From assembly GCA_001643675.2 (NCBI GenBank), contig LSRY02000051.1, forward strand, positions 124,001 to 188,000: 64,000 nt of DNA, read 5' to 3'. Both the position numbers and the translations under genes were made by a program. The notes beneath the pieces were generated by a model. The model was not told where the DNA came from. It worked only from the letters and a program-made list of their open reading frames with translations, and ran no database searches. Below, one piece after another: positions 24,359-36,676 of this stretch (position 1 is the first letter of the stretch; each line of letters begins with the position of its first letter). Source of the stretch: Monocercomonoides exilis PA203. Lineage: Eukaryota > Protista > Preaxostyla.

Positions 24359-24823
24359 TGGGGTAAAATATTTCACTTCAGGCATTTTCAAAGAAAAATT
24401 ATGCACTTTTGACAGACTTTTTGTGTTCAAAAAATTTGAAATATATGTGTTCATTTTTTGACAATTATGGAATGTCACAAAACTTTTTGAAATAACATCG
24501 TGATGTTTGTTTTACAGATATGAAAATCCAATTTAAACTGAAATCTGGTTTTGTTTTATAAATGTTGTAAGTGACACAATTTTTTCATGCTTTGTGCATA
24601 AAAAGCTTGAAAGTCAATATTTCACACCACATCTAAAAAATGTGTTTATTTTTTGACAAAATCGGAATGTCACAGAACTTCATGTTTTAATTTCAACGAT
24701 GCATGTTTTCGGATATGAAAATCAAATGTATTTTGAAATCTGAGAAAGTGAAATATAGTTATGAACTAAACAATATTAAAATGCCTTGTGCTAAAAAAGC
24801 TTGAAAGTCAGTATTTCCCCCCA
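24359..24823 (+). mobile_element. MITE family B, copy 1, with an internal ~194-bp tandem duplication
   Basis: TA|TGGGGTAAAA...TTTCCCCCCA|TA. AAAAGCTTGAAAGTCA recurs at 24601 and 24795. Homologous to the reverse complement of 36677-36946. Confidence 0.8.
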
Positions 24824-25824
24824 TATTTTCAATCTTTGAAATGATAATTTGTTGAGTCGTTGAAGATGAATTGACTAATAAAATGATAAGAAAAATATTC
24901 CACATTGAAAAGAAAGTGGAAAATAATTTTTTTATTTTTTGTTGTTGTTGTTGTTGTTGTAAGTTTGTTCGTGATAAATTATTAAAACTTCAGTTAGACA
25001 TTTTCACGAAATTGTTTGTTTTACGATAACTTTCTCTTGTATTTCCAATCATCGAGCTTCGCAAGCGAGTAATCAATAATTATAATGTTCAAAATAAAAC
25101 GCTATATCTGCGATATACAAAACTTGTCAATAAATATGTTTCAACAAAGAAATATTCATAAAAAAAAAATAACAAGGAATAATGAGCTTTTAAGAATTGC
25201 ATGTATTCTTTTGTTTATCATTTTCAAAAAACTTGGATTTTTTTTGAATGAAAAATATAAAAGATCCATTTGATTCCTGTGAAATATTGAAATTATTCTC
25301 ATTTAATGATTGATGATTATAAATGAATTTTAATTGGAAAATAAAGAAAAAGACACGAAAAAAGACATTATTGTGAATGAATTTGAAAAGAAAATTCGGA
25401 TAAATCAAAAGTGTGTTTTTGCATTTTAATAGAATGATTCATAAAACTTGGTTCATTTTTTTTGATATCTGAAACTTGAACAGAAGAACTTTTTTTCTTA
25501 TCATTCGTGCTGAAAAGATATGACTGACACTTCGGTATTTTTACAGATTATTTGGAGTGTATTGAGATTATTTTTGAGGAGCAGAAGTGAGAACGATCAT
25601 TATGTTGAAAAAAAAACTATCTATAATAAAAAGAAGTTAATTGTGAAATAAAGAAGATTCAAATGCTACCATGACATCATGTATTTTTTTAACTTTTTTT
25701 GATGATTAGGATCGATTATTCGATTATGAAAATCTTGTGAGAATAGATTAAACTGAAGAAGCTAAAAGAAAAATGGTAAAATGAAATCTTTCGAAAAATA
25801 ATAATGCTAAAAATGGAATGATTT

Positions 25825-26079
25825 GGGTGATCACTTTTGAAATCACAACTTTTTTTCTGGGTGTTGTATTCAAAAAGATCTTTTGTAAATGGCTTGAAAA
25901 ATATTATTTTCATTCTTTTTGATTTGCAATTGTGACAAAATCAAACGTTTGAAATGCATTCATGACAATTATTTTGTGGACTGTGCAATCACTTTTCAAT
26001 GTTCACCTTCAAAATTACTAAACATATTTTCTGACTAAAAAATGTGACAAAAGAAATGTGATTCCAAAAATAATCACCC
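25825..26079. mobile_element. MITE family A, copy 3 (opposite orientation to copies 2 and 4)
   Basis: Termini GGGTGATCACTTTTGAAATCACAA and ATGTGATTCCAAAAATAATCACCC; 255 bp. Confidence 0.8.
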
Positions 26080-27257
26080 ATATTATTTTTATCATCCACT
26101 TTTTCTTAGCATTTTGTGATTAATAAAGTTTGCAATTGATTGAAAAAAAAAACTTCTCCAAAAAAAATGGAAAATATCAATAAGTTATTTCTCAAAGAAA
26201 TGTTTGAGATGAATACTCAACAAACAAATCTGAAAATGACATTATCACTTTTCAGTGTTAATTTTTCGTAATTCGAAGAAAACTTTCATTCCATAAATTT
26301 TTATTGAAATAACTAGATTTCTATAATCATCACACGAATTTCACGAATCATTTATAAAAAAGAGAAATATCAATGCGTTTAAATGTGATATCTCTCTAGA
26401 GAAACAAAAAAGAAAAACAAACAAGAAAAGTTGAGAATCATTAAAAATAACAGTTTGTTTTTCTGCAACAAAAATATGTGGAATCAACAATTCTTTTTAT
26501 TAAATTGGAATAATAATAATAAAAACAATAATAATCAATTTGCTCAAAAAAATATTTTAAATAAAAGATAACAAAATACGCTATTCTTTATTAACAATTA
26601 TGATTTATTTTTTTATCCGAATTTTCTGTTTTGGTAACATCTATCTATTGTAATACTTTAAAACATGCATTTGGCTCCACATCTCAGATTTTTTTTTTTA
26701 TATTTTGTATATGTGCTGTTCACCATGTGTTGACCCCATATTCGACCCTTTTTCTGCCAACTGCCCCACATCTGGCTGGATGGAATTAAAAAAAGTCGAA
26801 AAAGATCAAAAATGTGACACTCATATCTGGATTCTCAGAAGGCTCTGCAACTTCGTTTTATTTTTATTTTGGAAATTGGATTTTTCCCACACATCATACC
26901 ATAATTTATTAGAATCGCTTTGTCCGTTGTTTTTCTGCAATTTTTCAAACATGAATTTTTTTGTCATTTGCAGAAGGAATACAGATTTTAATTGCACGAG
27001 CTTTTCGTTAATTATTAACATGCATTTCATGTGTAATTCTCCAAAATAATGTCAAATATTCTTTATTGAATCATAATCAATCATTCTGACAGTATTGATA
27101 TACAAATATTATTTGTAGTTAAAAAAATCTTAATTTCATCTTTGATCAATTTTATATTTATAATAACTTCTTATATACAGAAATGTTTGTATTTAACATT
27201 TGAATTTAATAATTGTATTTAATATTTCACAAAGTTGTTTTAAATAGTTCATCGCAT

Positions 27258-30200
27258 ATGAACTGCAAGAAGAGAAGCAAAAGAGGAAGGCCGAAAAAGC
27301 GAGGGAGAGGAAGACCAAAAGTTAATGAGTATCCTTCAACCTCAATATGTCTCAAGTTACATTTATTTTATTAATATATTTCATATTTTATTGCTAATTA
27401 TTTAAGATCCAAAACACAATTGAAAGTTGTTAAAAATAAAGCAAAAATAACCATTTTTGACGATGATTACGATGAAACAAATTTCGATGAAGAAGATAAT
27501 TCAAGTGAAAGTTCATCATCTTTGTATTGTGAAGATGAAAACAAACAAGCATGTTCTTCATTTCAAGCGATGGAAAAAGTCAAAATTCGTCGTAAAAATA
27601 TGTTAATTATAAATAATGATTTACAAAACGAAAAGTATTTTGAAAAACATGAAATTCATGAAGTGTCCATTTCGTGCAGGAGAAAACAAAACAATTATTC
27701 CGACATCTTATTTTATTTGGGTCCAATGGAATTTAAATGTACTATATGTGGAGCACTGCATTTCAAATCTGAGATTCAAAGAAAGAGAAATGGAATAATA
27801 TATTTTAATGACTGTTGTAGTGGATTACACAAACCTCCAATCGATATCGATCACTTTCCAGATATTCTCCGTTCTCTTTTTAATCATGAGCATCCAGAAA
27901 GTGACAATTTTTTTTGAAAACATCAGAAAAATTAACTGTTTACTTGCTTGCGGTTCTTTTTATGCAGAAACACCAGATTATTTCTCCATGCAATTCACTA
28001 TTAAAGGAGAAACGAAGAGAAGAGCCTATCCTATGAAGTCATTAAGTTATGATGATCCAAAATTTGGTCAAGTTTATATTCTTGACACAGAAGAAGCAAC
28101 TGAAAAATTCAAAAGAAACACACATAATAAGCGAGTTTCTTTTAATCTATTTTCTTCTCTATTTCAATGGTTCCGAAATTCTAATCCATTTGCAAAAAGC
28201 TATGAAATGATGAATGATGTTTACTCAAAGGAGCGGAAAAAGGCAATTGAAATGGGAAGAAAAATGAAAAAAGTTTGCCTCACTTTTGATCCAGAAGGCA
28301 GAAAACTTGGGAAAGAGTTTGCTGCTCCGCAATCGAACGAAGTTGCTGCAGTATTCGTCAGTGACGATGGACTGCCTCCTGTGCAGCGATTAACCATATA
28401 TGCTGAAGAAAACAAGTTGTCAACTATTTCCATGAACGATCCTTTGTGTGATCCACTTATTTATCCTTTGTTCTTTCCAAATGGAGAAGTTTACGAAGAC
28501 GATAAAAAGGAGAAAGACAAAAAAGAAGAAAATTCATCAAATGATGATGAAGTTGGATTTTCAGATGAGAAACAAAGTGACAATAACAAATCGAATTCAG
28601 ATTATGAAAGTGAAATGAAAAAAAAAGAAGATCACACAAAACAAAAAAAAAAGAAGATTCAGATCAAATATTAGAACACATGCACTCAACGTAATTGCAA
28701 TCAGAAATTCATGGTCTCCAATTCATCATGGAGGGAAACTATTTCAACAATATATTGTGGATTCATTCTGTCGAATCGAAGGAATGAAGACTTTGCACTA
28801 TCATACACACCAACAGCAAATGTTTGGAGGTTATTGTAATCAATTGAATGATGCGTTAAACAGCAATGATTTAGATGTTGATACTCATTCATCCTCTCCC
28901 TCTTCCCCATCTTCCTCATCTTCTGTGAATCAAAAAATGTTGTTGGGAAGAAGAATAATACTTCCTTCCTCATTTGTTGGAAGTCCCCGATTGTCAAAAC
29001 AATGCTATATGGACGCCATGAGCATTGTATCAAAATATGGAAAGCCAGATATCTTCATGACATTCACGTGCAATCCAAAATGGTCTGAAATAATCGAGAA
29101 CATCGCTTCACCTCACATATACCAAGCGGATAGGCCAGATCTAATTGCTAGAGTGTTCAAACTCAAGCTGGACGAATTAATGAGAGACATAAAGAAGGGA
29201 ATACCATTCGGTACACTCAAAGCATATGTATATAAAATTGAGTTTCAGAAAAGGGGACTCCCGCATTGCCATTTGCTTCTCACTTTGAATGATCAAAACG
29301 AACTAAGAACATCAGAGGATATTGATAAATGCATATGTGCAGAAATTCCCCCTCTCAGTGAAGATGGATCAAATAATAATTTGAGAGAAATAGTATTGAG
29401 GCATATGGTTCATGGACCATGTGGGCTCGATAAACCAAATGCCCAATGAATGGCTGATGGAAAGTGTCAAAAGCGTTTTCCGAAACAATTTTGTGAAGAA
29501 ACAACCAAGGATAGACAAGGTTTTATTAAATACAAAAGAAGAAAAGGTGAAGTGGTCATTTTAAACAAAAAAGAAATTGATAATAGATGGATTATTTCGT
29601 ACAATCCCTACCTGCTTCGAAAGTTCAATGCACATATCAACGTTGAAATATGTTCCTCAGTTTTCAGTGTGAAATATCTTTACAAATATGTGTTCAAAGG
29701 GCCAGATAGAGCATCCATGAAAATTTTGAACAAAGAAATTTCTTTAGGTTCAGATGGACCAATAACAATCACTTCCTCATCCGCATCTCCATCCGCATCG
29801 AATTCATCTTCAACGATCTCTAATTTTGAAAAGACAGAAAATGAAAAAGAAAAAAGAAAAACAGAAAAAATTGATGAAATCAGAAACTATATTGATATGA
29901 GATATGTTGGATCCCCAGAAGCATGTTGGAGGTTGTTCGAGTATTCAATGCAAAGAATGTCGCACACTGTAGTTCGTTTGGCTGTTCATCTCACTGACAA
30001 GCAGTTTGTTTTCTTTCGTTCGGGAAAAGAATATGAAGCCATGTAAAATGCACAACACAGAGATACAACTCTGACTGCCTTTTTTAAATTGAATGCTGAC
30101 AGTCAAAAGAAATATGGAGAGAACATTTCGGATGATCCCCATGATTCAAGATCTTTGACATATTCAGATGTTGGAAGCAAATTCATTTTCGACAAAAAAA

Positions 30201-32140
30201 TTTATTCCTGGAAATATCGAAGTTACAAATCAAAAATAGTCACAAGGTTGTACACTGTCAGTCCAAGAGATCAAGAAAGATATTATCTTCGCCTGCTGCT
30301 TTTGAATGTCAAAGGTCCAACTTCTAATGAGTATCTGAAAACATTCGACAACCACATTCATAACACTTTTAAGGAAGCCGCAGCATCCAGAGGTTTGTTG
30401 TCAGAAGATTTAAACTGGGATCAATGTTTAGAAGAAGTTGCCTCAGTTGGATCGCCAAATCAACTCCGAAGGGTATTCGCACAAATTCTGCTGTTCAACA
30501 ATGTTGTGAATCCAGAGGTGTTGTGGAAGAAATTCAAAAAGAATATGTCCGAAGATTATTTGATGAAAGGAGATGAGGAAAATTCCGCTTATGCAAAAGC
30601 TTACTACGATATATACTTTTTATTTCGTTCCGAAAATAAAAATCTTGAAGATCTGATATCTGCCCCTCCCGGACCTACACCCATAAAATGCATTGATGAT
30701 TTATCGCAAGATGATCACATGTTTCTTGCTTCAAGAAATATTCCTTTGTTAAATGAAAAACAAAAGGAGGCGTTTGAGAGTATCAAAGAAAGCATCCTGA
30801 GTTCATCCAGAGGTTCAACAGAATGCAATTGTCATTTTTTGGATTGACCCGGTGGAAGCGGAAAAACTTTTCTATATAATGTTATTTACCATCATTTGTC
30901 TGCTCATTCAGTTGAATGTCAATGTGTTGCTTGGACTGGGATCGCTGCCACTTTGCTTCCAAAAGGGAAAACAGTTCACTCTCTTTTTCGTCTTCCTGTG
31001 CCCATTGAGGAACATAATGCAATTTCTCTAATGGAACTGAATTCAGAAGAAGCCCGATCATTAAGAAAAGTGAAATGTGTTATTTGGGATGAGGCACCAA
31101 TGGCACCGAAAAATGCATTAACTGCTATCAGTATTCTTCTTCAAGATTAACATGAGAACAAGAATTTTTTTGGAGGAGTTTTGATGGTTTTGGGAGGAGA
31201 TTTTAGGCAACTTCCACCCGTGGAAAGAGGAGGAGGAAGGAAAGAAATGATTTCTTGCAGTATCAAGAGTTGTGATTTATGGAGTTCATTTGAGGTCCAT
31301 TCCCTATCAACAAACATGCGAACAGGAGCAGATACAGCATTTGCAAGCTTTCTCAGAAAAGTTGGTGATGGTGATATATCGATCATGGATGAAAACAAAA
31401 AAATTGATGTCTCATGGTGGAGAATAAATGAGGATCAACTTATTCAAAGCGTGTTCGGAAACAAATTCAACGAAGTGGAAGAAATAAAAATGATGAAAGA
31501 TCGTTGTATATTATGCACAAAAAACGATGACACATTTGAAGTGAATAGTCAAATTCTTGATCTAATTAATTCAGAATCTAGAACATATACCAGTGCAGAT
31601 TCAGCAGAGTTCGAAGATCCCAATGACGATTTCACATCATTTAGTATTGAATATCTAAATTCACTGATTTATTCTGGATTGCCACCGCACCAGCTTCGTT
31701 TAAAGGTTGGAGCAATTGTTATTCTTCTCAGAAATTTGGATCTCGCAAATGGCCTTTGCAACGGAACAAGGCGAATAGTGGAGCAACTGGTGAAGCAGTG
31801 TATAAGATGCAATCCAATTTCGTATTCATTTGATAAAAATTCTTCAGTAATTCTTGCTCCAATACTGACAACATCCAGAGATAGGACGCTGCCATTTTGT
31901 CTCAAACGCCTGCAGATCCCGGTTCGTGTTTCTTTCGCTATGACCATTAACAAAGCGCAAGGGCAATCTTTTTCACACGTTGGGTTGTATCTTCCAAACC
32001 CAGTTTATTCTCATGGTCAACTGTATGTTGCCATGAGCAGATGTCATTACAGCAAAAATTTATACATTGCACTCCCTCATAAGAGAGAATATCAACAAAA
32101 CAAGATTGTAAACATCGTATATAATGAATTAATTCAATAA
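27258..32140 (+). pseudogene. Helitron RepHel (AT-hooks + Zn finger + HUH Rep + PIF1-like SF1 helicase), disrupted
   Basis: Zn motif CTICGALHFKSE...DCCSG. Rep motifs FMTFTCNPKW, IEFQKRGLPHCH and YLYKYVFKG. Helicase motifs D*PGGSGKT, IWDEAPM, GGDFRQLPPV, GLCNGTR, FAMTINKAQGQS and HGQLYVAMSR. In-frame stops at 29447, 30044 and 30845; frameshifts in homopolymers near 27910 and 28650. Confidence 0.95.
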
Positions 32141-34020
32141 CCAACTGTTTTCATCAACGCATTTCCGAAATCATACTTTTTGAAGGTTTGTGTTATTAAA
32201 TTTTATTTGATGCATAATAAATAATTTCATTGTTTATTTAATAAATAGCAATTTTTTCCACTATAAAATTTCCATATTTCTTTTTTTTCTTTCTGATCCA
32301 TGACTTTTTTCATTCACAAATGATAAATATAAGTTTGATCAATTAAATATATTGTTTTTATGAAGAAAAAAAGCAAAACATAAAAAATAAACAAATTATG
32401 ATACATACAAAAACCAATATCAACTTTTTAAGAAAAAATATGAGTTAATTTGCCTTCACATAATGAGAAAGAAAGGATTTTGCATTTGTTAATTCCAACG
32501 CAGTGAAAAATTTTGTGTTTAATCATGAAAATACAACATCATTTAATTTTATCAGTTCTTTGTTGCAATTGCTGTTGTTGATTTTCAATTATCACGGTAT
32601 TGTTCAATTATTGTTTTCACATCATTTATGCTATCAGATAATTGTTACGAAAAAACAATTTTTTTTCTTCATTATTTTACTTCCAAAACAAATTTTTATT
32701 TGTGACTTATGTTTGTTTATTGCATTTCTTTTGTTCATTAATTTTCTAATTAAAAAGTTTTGATATCATTCGGAAAGAAAAACATTGAATTTTTTGATTT
32801 GTGGATGACATCAAATTCGTGTTATTTTAACAAATACTTTGTCAAATAATAAAGAAAGTCACCATTTCAAAATAGTCCAATTTTCTGTTAAGTGTTTTTT
32901 CGGATAGTGGATCTTTAAGTTTCCCAATTCTTCGAATAATATTTTCTAACTTACAAGAGCAATTTCCAACAACGTAGTTATAAAATTTTCACAAGTCATC
33001 TTTGCTATTATTTTTTTTGGAAAAATCGAAAAAAAAGCTGATTTTTTTAAAATAAACAGTTTTTCATTGAAATAATGTGAATTTATAGAAAAATCACAAA
33101 ATATTAAATGAATATTTAAAGATAATATGAAATTCCAAAAACAACATAAACATAACATCAAAAAAAAAACCAATTAACTTTAAATGTTCTAATCTTTCAT
33201 TAATTATGAAGAAACACAATGAAAAACTACAAATTGACTTAACATTCCAATAATTTTATGAAAATCGGTTCAAATATAAGAAAAACAGATTGTAACAGCT
33301 AATTCTGTTGAAAATGAATTTAATATTGAAAAAATATAATATAGAATGAAAGATACATACATTCACTTCATTTTATTTAATTCCCGAAGTGTGATCACAA
33401 GCACTCACCTTTTTGCACCTTCTTCATGCAGCTGAAAATTCAATGGATAAAATGTGCGTTTTGATTATCAACAAATGTATCAAAGCAACATACTGCAATT
33501 AAAAACATGTAACGTACACACAAATTTCACTAAAAATACTTAATTGACAAAAAAAAAACACTTTAAACGTTTTCATAGATAAAATATTATTATTATGGGA
33601 TGATGTGATCAATTTTTATTTTTTTCAACTTTTAAAAATTTTTCAATTTATAGTATTAAAAGTGTATAATAATCATATATAAAATAAATTTGACTGTTTA
33701 AAATCAAATAAAATCTTCAATTTCAGTATTTTTTATCATTTTGAAAAGACTTGAAAAGTTTCATAGAGAATTCTATCATTTTTTTTTTCAATAAATAATT
33801 AAATAGCTGCAACTAACAAATAAACGTGTTTAGCAATTATTGAAATGCAAAATGTTATATTTTCTTTAATTCATCTTCCAAAAATTTTAATTTGAAAAAA
33901 TGTTTGTAAAAAATTTTTTTTCACAATATTATTTATATCTTCTAAATATTTAATACATTTGTTTTTTTAAACAAAACCAAAATTCTAATGTTATATTTCA
34001 CATACAAAAAATGACAAATA

Positions 34021-36225
34021 CCATGGGTGCTTAACCCGCACCCTGGTGCCAAACCCGCCCCCCTGCAAATTTCTTGAAAATCGAGATATTTATTTTTGCT
34101 TTTCACAGTTGTTCATTGATAGTGAATTTGCTTGAAACTTGTTTTAAAAAATATTATATTTTATTTTTTTTAATGAAAAGACTTTCAAAAAATTGGATTT
34201 ATAATATTTTAATTTGGAAAAGAACTTTATCTATATTTACTGAAAAAGAAAAAAAGAAGAGTTCAAAAAATATGTACATGCTTGTTTGTTAATGTGTTTT
34301 CAAATATCTTTATTAGGTTTTTGGATTTGAATTATTCAGCAACAAATTTCGCTTTTTATTTTATTGATCAATTCCATTAAAATGTGAAAAACGAATCGAA
34401 AGTTCAGTAGCTGCATTGATAGAGGTTTGTGAAAATTGTTTCAAATGGTTTTCAATGATAACTTGCTTTTATTATATAAAATGTTGGTTATTTAATGTTA
34501 TTATCGACGTATACGATTACTTTAATTGATTTATGGTACATTAATATTTGATTGGCGATAGAAATGTTTTTTGTTTTATTTTATAACTTTTTTTAAATGA
34601 AGATAATTATTTTCATAATTTTCAAACACCTTTATTTTAATTCACTTTATTATTTTTATGTTTTTGAAATCAAATTTCGAATTGTTGTTTATCACTGATC
34701 AGGAAACATTCTGCAACTTTCAATATTATCATCAAAATTTCATCTTATCATTGGCTTGTTGAAAGTATTTATCATGTGAATAATTTCAAATCGCGTGTGT
34801 TTTCCAAATTTCAAATTACCTTAAATATTAGTGATCATGCAACTGAATGTGACTGAATTGTCACAAATGCAGATTTTTCATTTGAAAATTGTTATTTTAT
34901 TTATTAAACATATTTTCATTTGTCAGTTCATATACTTTTCTTTTCATTTCACTTGTATTTTACAGTTCTTTTCTATTCATTTGTTTGTAAAATTTTGCTT
35001 TTGATAAGCAAAGACAATCAAATCATATCATTCAAATTTCTTGAAACAATTTAATATTTATCATTCTTAAATAATGATTTGCAAAAAACATTTGTTGCCA
35101 AGGATAAACGTATTTTCATGAAAATTGTGAGCTAATTTTCATATTGAACTATTTTTTACAACATTTTGGAAATTTTTCACATTTTTCAAGTTATATCGAT
35201 GAATGACTTATTTATTTTTCTTCTAATTATATTTTTTTTCTGTTATCATCCTTATTGAAAAAAGCAATTTCATTTTTTCAGTGAGATTATCATTTCGAAT
35301 ACGACAGTTCAAATTAAATATAACTCGGTTATGAAATGAATACCAAATCAAAGATTAAAAGTATTTCATCACAATAATTGTTTAATAATTGCTATTCTGA
35401 AAACAACAGTTTTGTTAAGAAAATATCATTAAAAACAAAAAGCTCATAATTTGCAAATCTGACATCTTTGTGACAAGTGAATAAAACATTCATATGCGCA
35501 ACAACATTTATACGCAGAACGTAAATAACAATTTTGAAAACAATAAAATAACCAAAAATAATCGTCAAAAAAATTAATATCACCAAAACTCACAAAAGAA
35601 AAATATTAGAACTTGACCAACATCAACAATAAATATGTTAAAACATTTTAACAATGGAAACAATTTATCAAATATTAAATATTCAAAACAAATTAATAAG
35701 AGAAAAAATTGGTTAAATAATTCAAATAAAAAAACAGATGAGTTATAGAACAAAATAACAAGCAATAATATATATAATACAAAGCTGTAATAGAAAACAA
35801 CTTGAAACAATTTTCACAAACCTCTATCAATGCAGCTACTGAACTTTCGATTCGTTTTTCACATTTTAATGGAATTGATCAATAAAATAAAAAGCGAAAT
35901 TTGTTGCTGAATAATTCAAATCCAAAAACCTAATAAAGATATTTGAAAACACATTAACAAACAAGCATGTACATATTTTTTGAACTCTTCTTTTTTTCTT
36001 TTTCAGTAAATATAGATAAAGTTCTTTTCCAAATTAAAATATTATAAATCCAATTTTTTGAAAGTCTTTTCATTAAAAAAAATAAAATATAATATTTTTT
36101 AAAACAAGTTTCAAGCAAATTCACTATCAATGAACAACTGTGAAAAGCAAAAATAAATATCTCGATTTTCAAGAAATTTGCAGGGGGGCGGGTTTGGCAC
36201 CAGGGTGCGGGTTAAGCACCCATGG
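34021..36225. mobile_element. Non-autonomous foldback/TIR element of the pogo family found at 47818-50640; 424-bp inverted arms, TA TSD
   Basis: 34021-34444 is the reverse complement of 35802-36225; the identical 72-aa spurious ORFs at 34074(+) and 36172(-) reflect this. Termini CCATGGGTGCTTAACCCGCACCCTGGTGC. TA at 34019-34020 and 36226-36227. Interior is non-coding. Confidence 0.93.
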
Positions 36226-36552
36226 TATTTGTTTGTTTCATATGGTTCAACAAATGCTAACTTATGATTTTGTTGTTTGATTTTAATTATTTTTTTATCT
36301 CTTTGTCATTATAGAGTTTTTCAATTAATGTGTCAGATATTGAGTTTTGACAGCATGAATCCCCAGTTTTAACATATTTGAATTGAAATGCATGCAAAGC
36401 ACGTATTACATATCCTCTTAACATATATATGATTTTTGATCAAAAAATTTCCATAAAAAATATTTAGAAAAATTCAATTCTTTCAATTTTGTTCGAAATG
36501 ATACCAAATTGAAAGATAAATTTCACACAGTGTAGACGATGAAGCGAGCGCA

Positions 36553-36584
36553 CGCCGGCCGCGAGGCAGGCGCACACAAACTCG
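36553..36584 (+). other. Candidate Helitron 3' terminal hairpin plus CTRR-like end
   Basis: CGCC-g-GCC (gcga) GGC-a-GGCG stem-loop, an 8-nt spacer, then CTCG followed by T. It is an isolated GC island in very AT-rich DNA. Confidence 0.6.
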
Positions 36585-36676
36585 TTATTATTTCCCTTCA
36601 ATTCATATCATTTCATTTTATCTATCAAAAACAATTCGTTCCACAAAAGTCCAAAAGAGTAAAATCATTTTTCATA

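Larger units (their letters stand above)
25620..36584 (+). mobile_element. Helitron (rolling-circle transposon, canonical HLE1 type), decayed; boundaries tentative
   Basis: RepHel pseudogene at 27258-32140. Candidate 3' end is a GC-rich hairpin plus CTCG|T at 36553-36585. The 5' end is only a guess (A|TCTATAATAAAAAG at 25620; alternative A|TC at 25052). Confidence 0.6.

Noticed and set aside
24359-24823. Repeats as a CRISPR-like array
   Set aside because: Only two long diverged units with no repeat-spacer periodicity, a eukaryotic context and no cas genes.
27258-32140. In-frame stops in RepHel as a sign of stop-codon reassignment (TAR=Gln occurs in some oxymonads)
   Set aside because: Intact genes here end in TAA, TAG or TGA, multi-kb ORFs contain no internal stops, and the RepHel stops are mixed TGA/TAA at Cys- or Gly-type positions, which indicates ordinary decay.
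34074-36172. Two identical 72-aa ORFs on opposite strands
   Set aside because: They are by-products of the inverted arms: TTG starts, AT-rich, no protein features.
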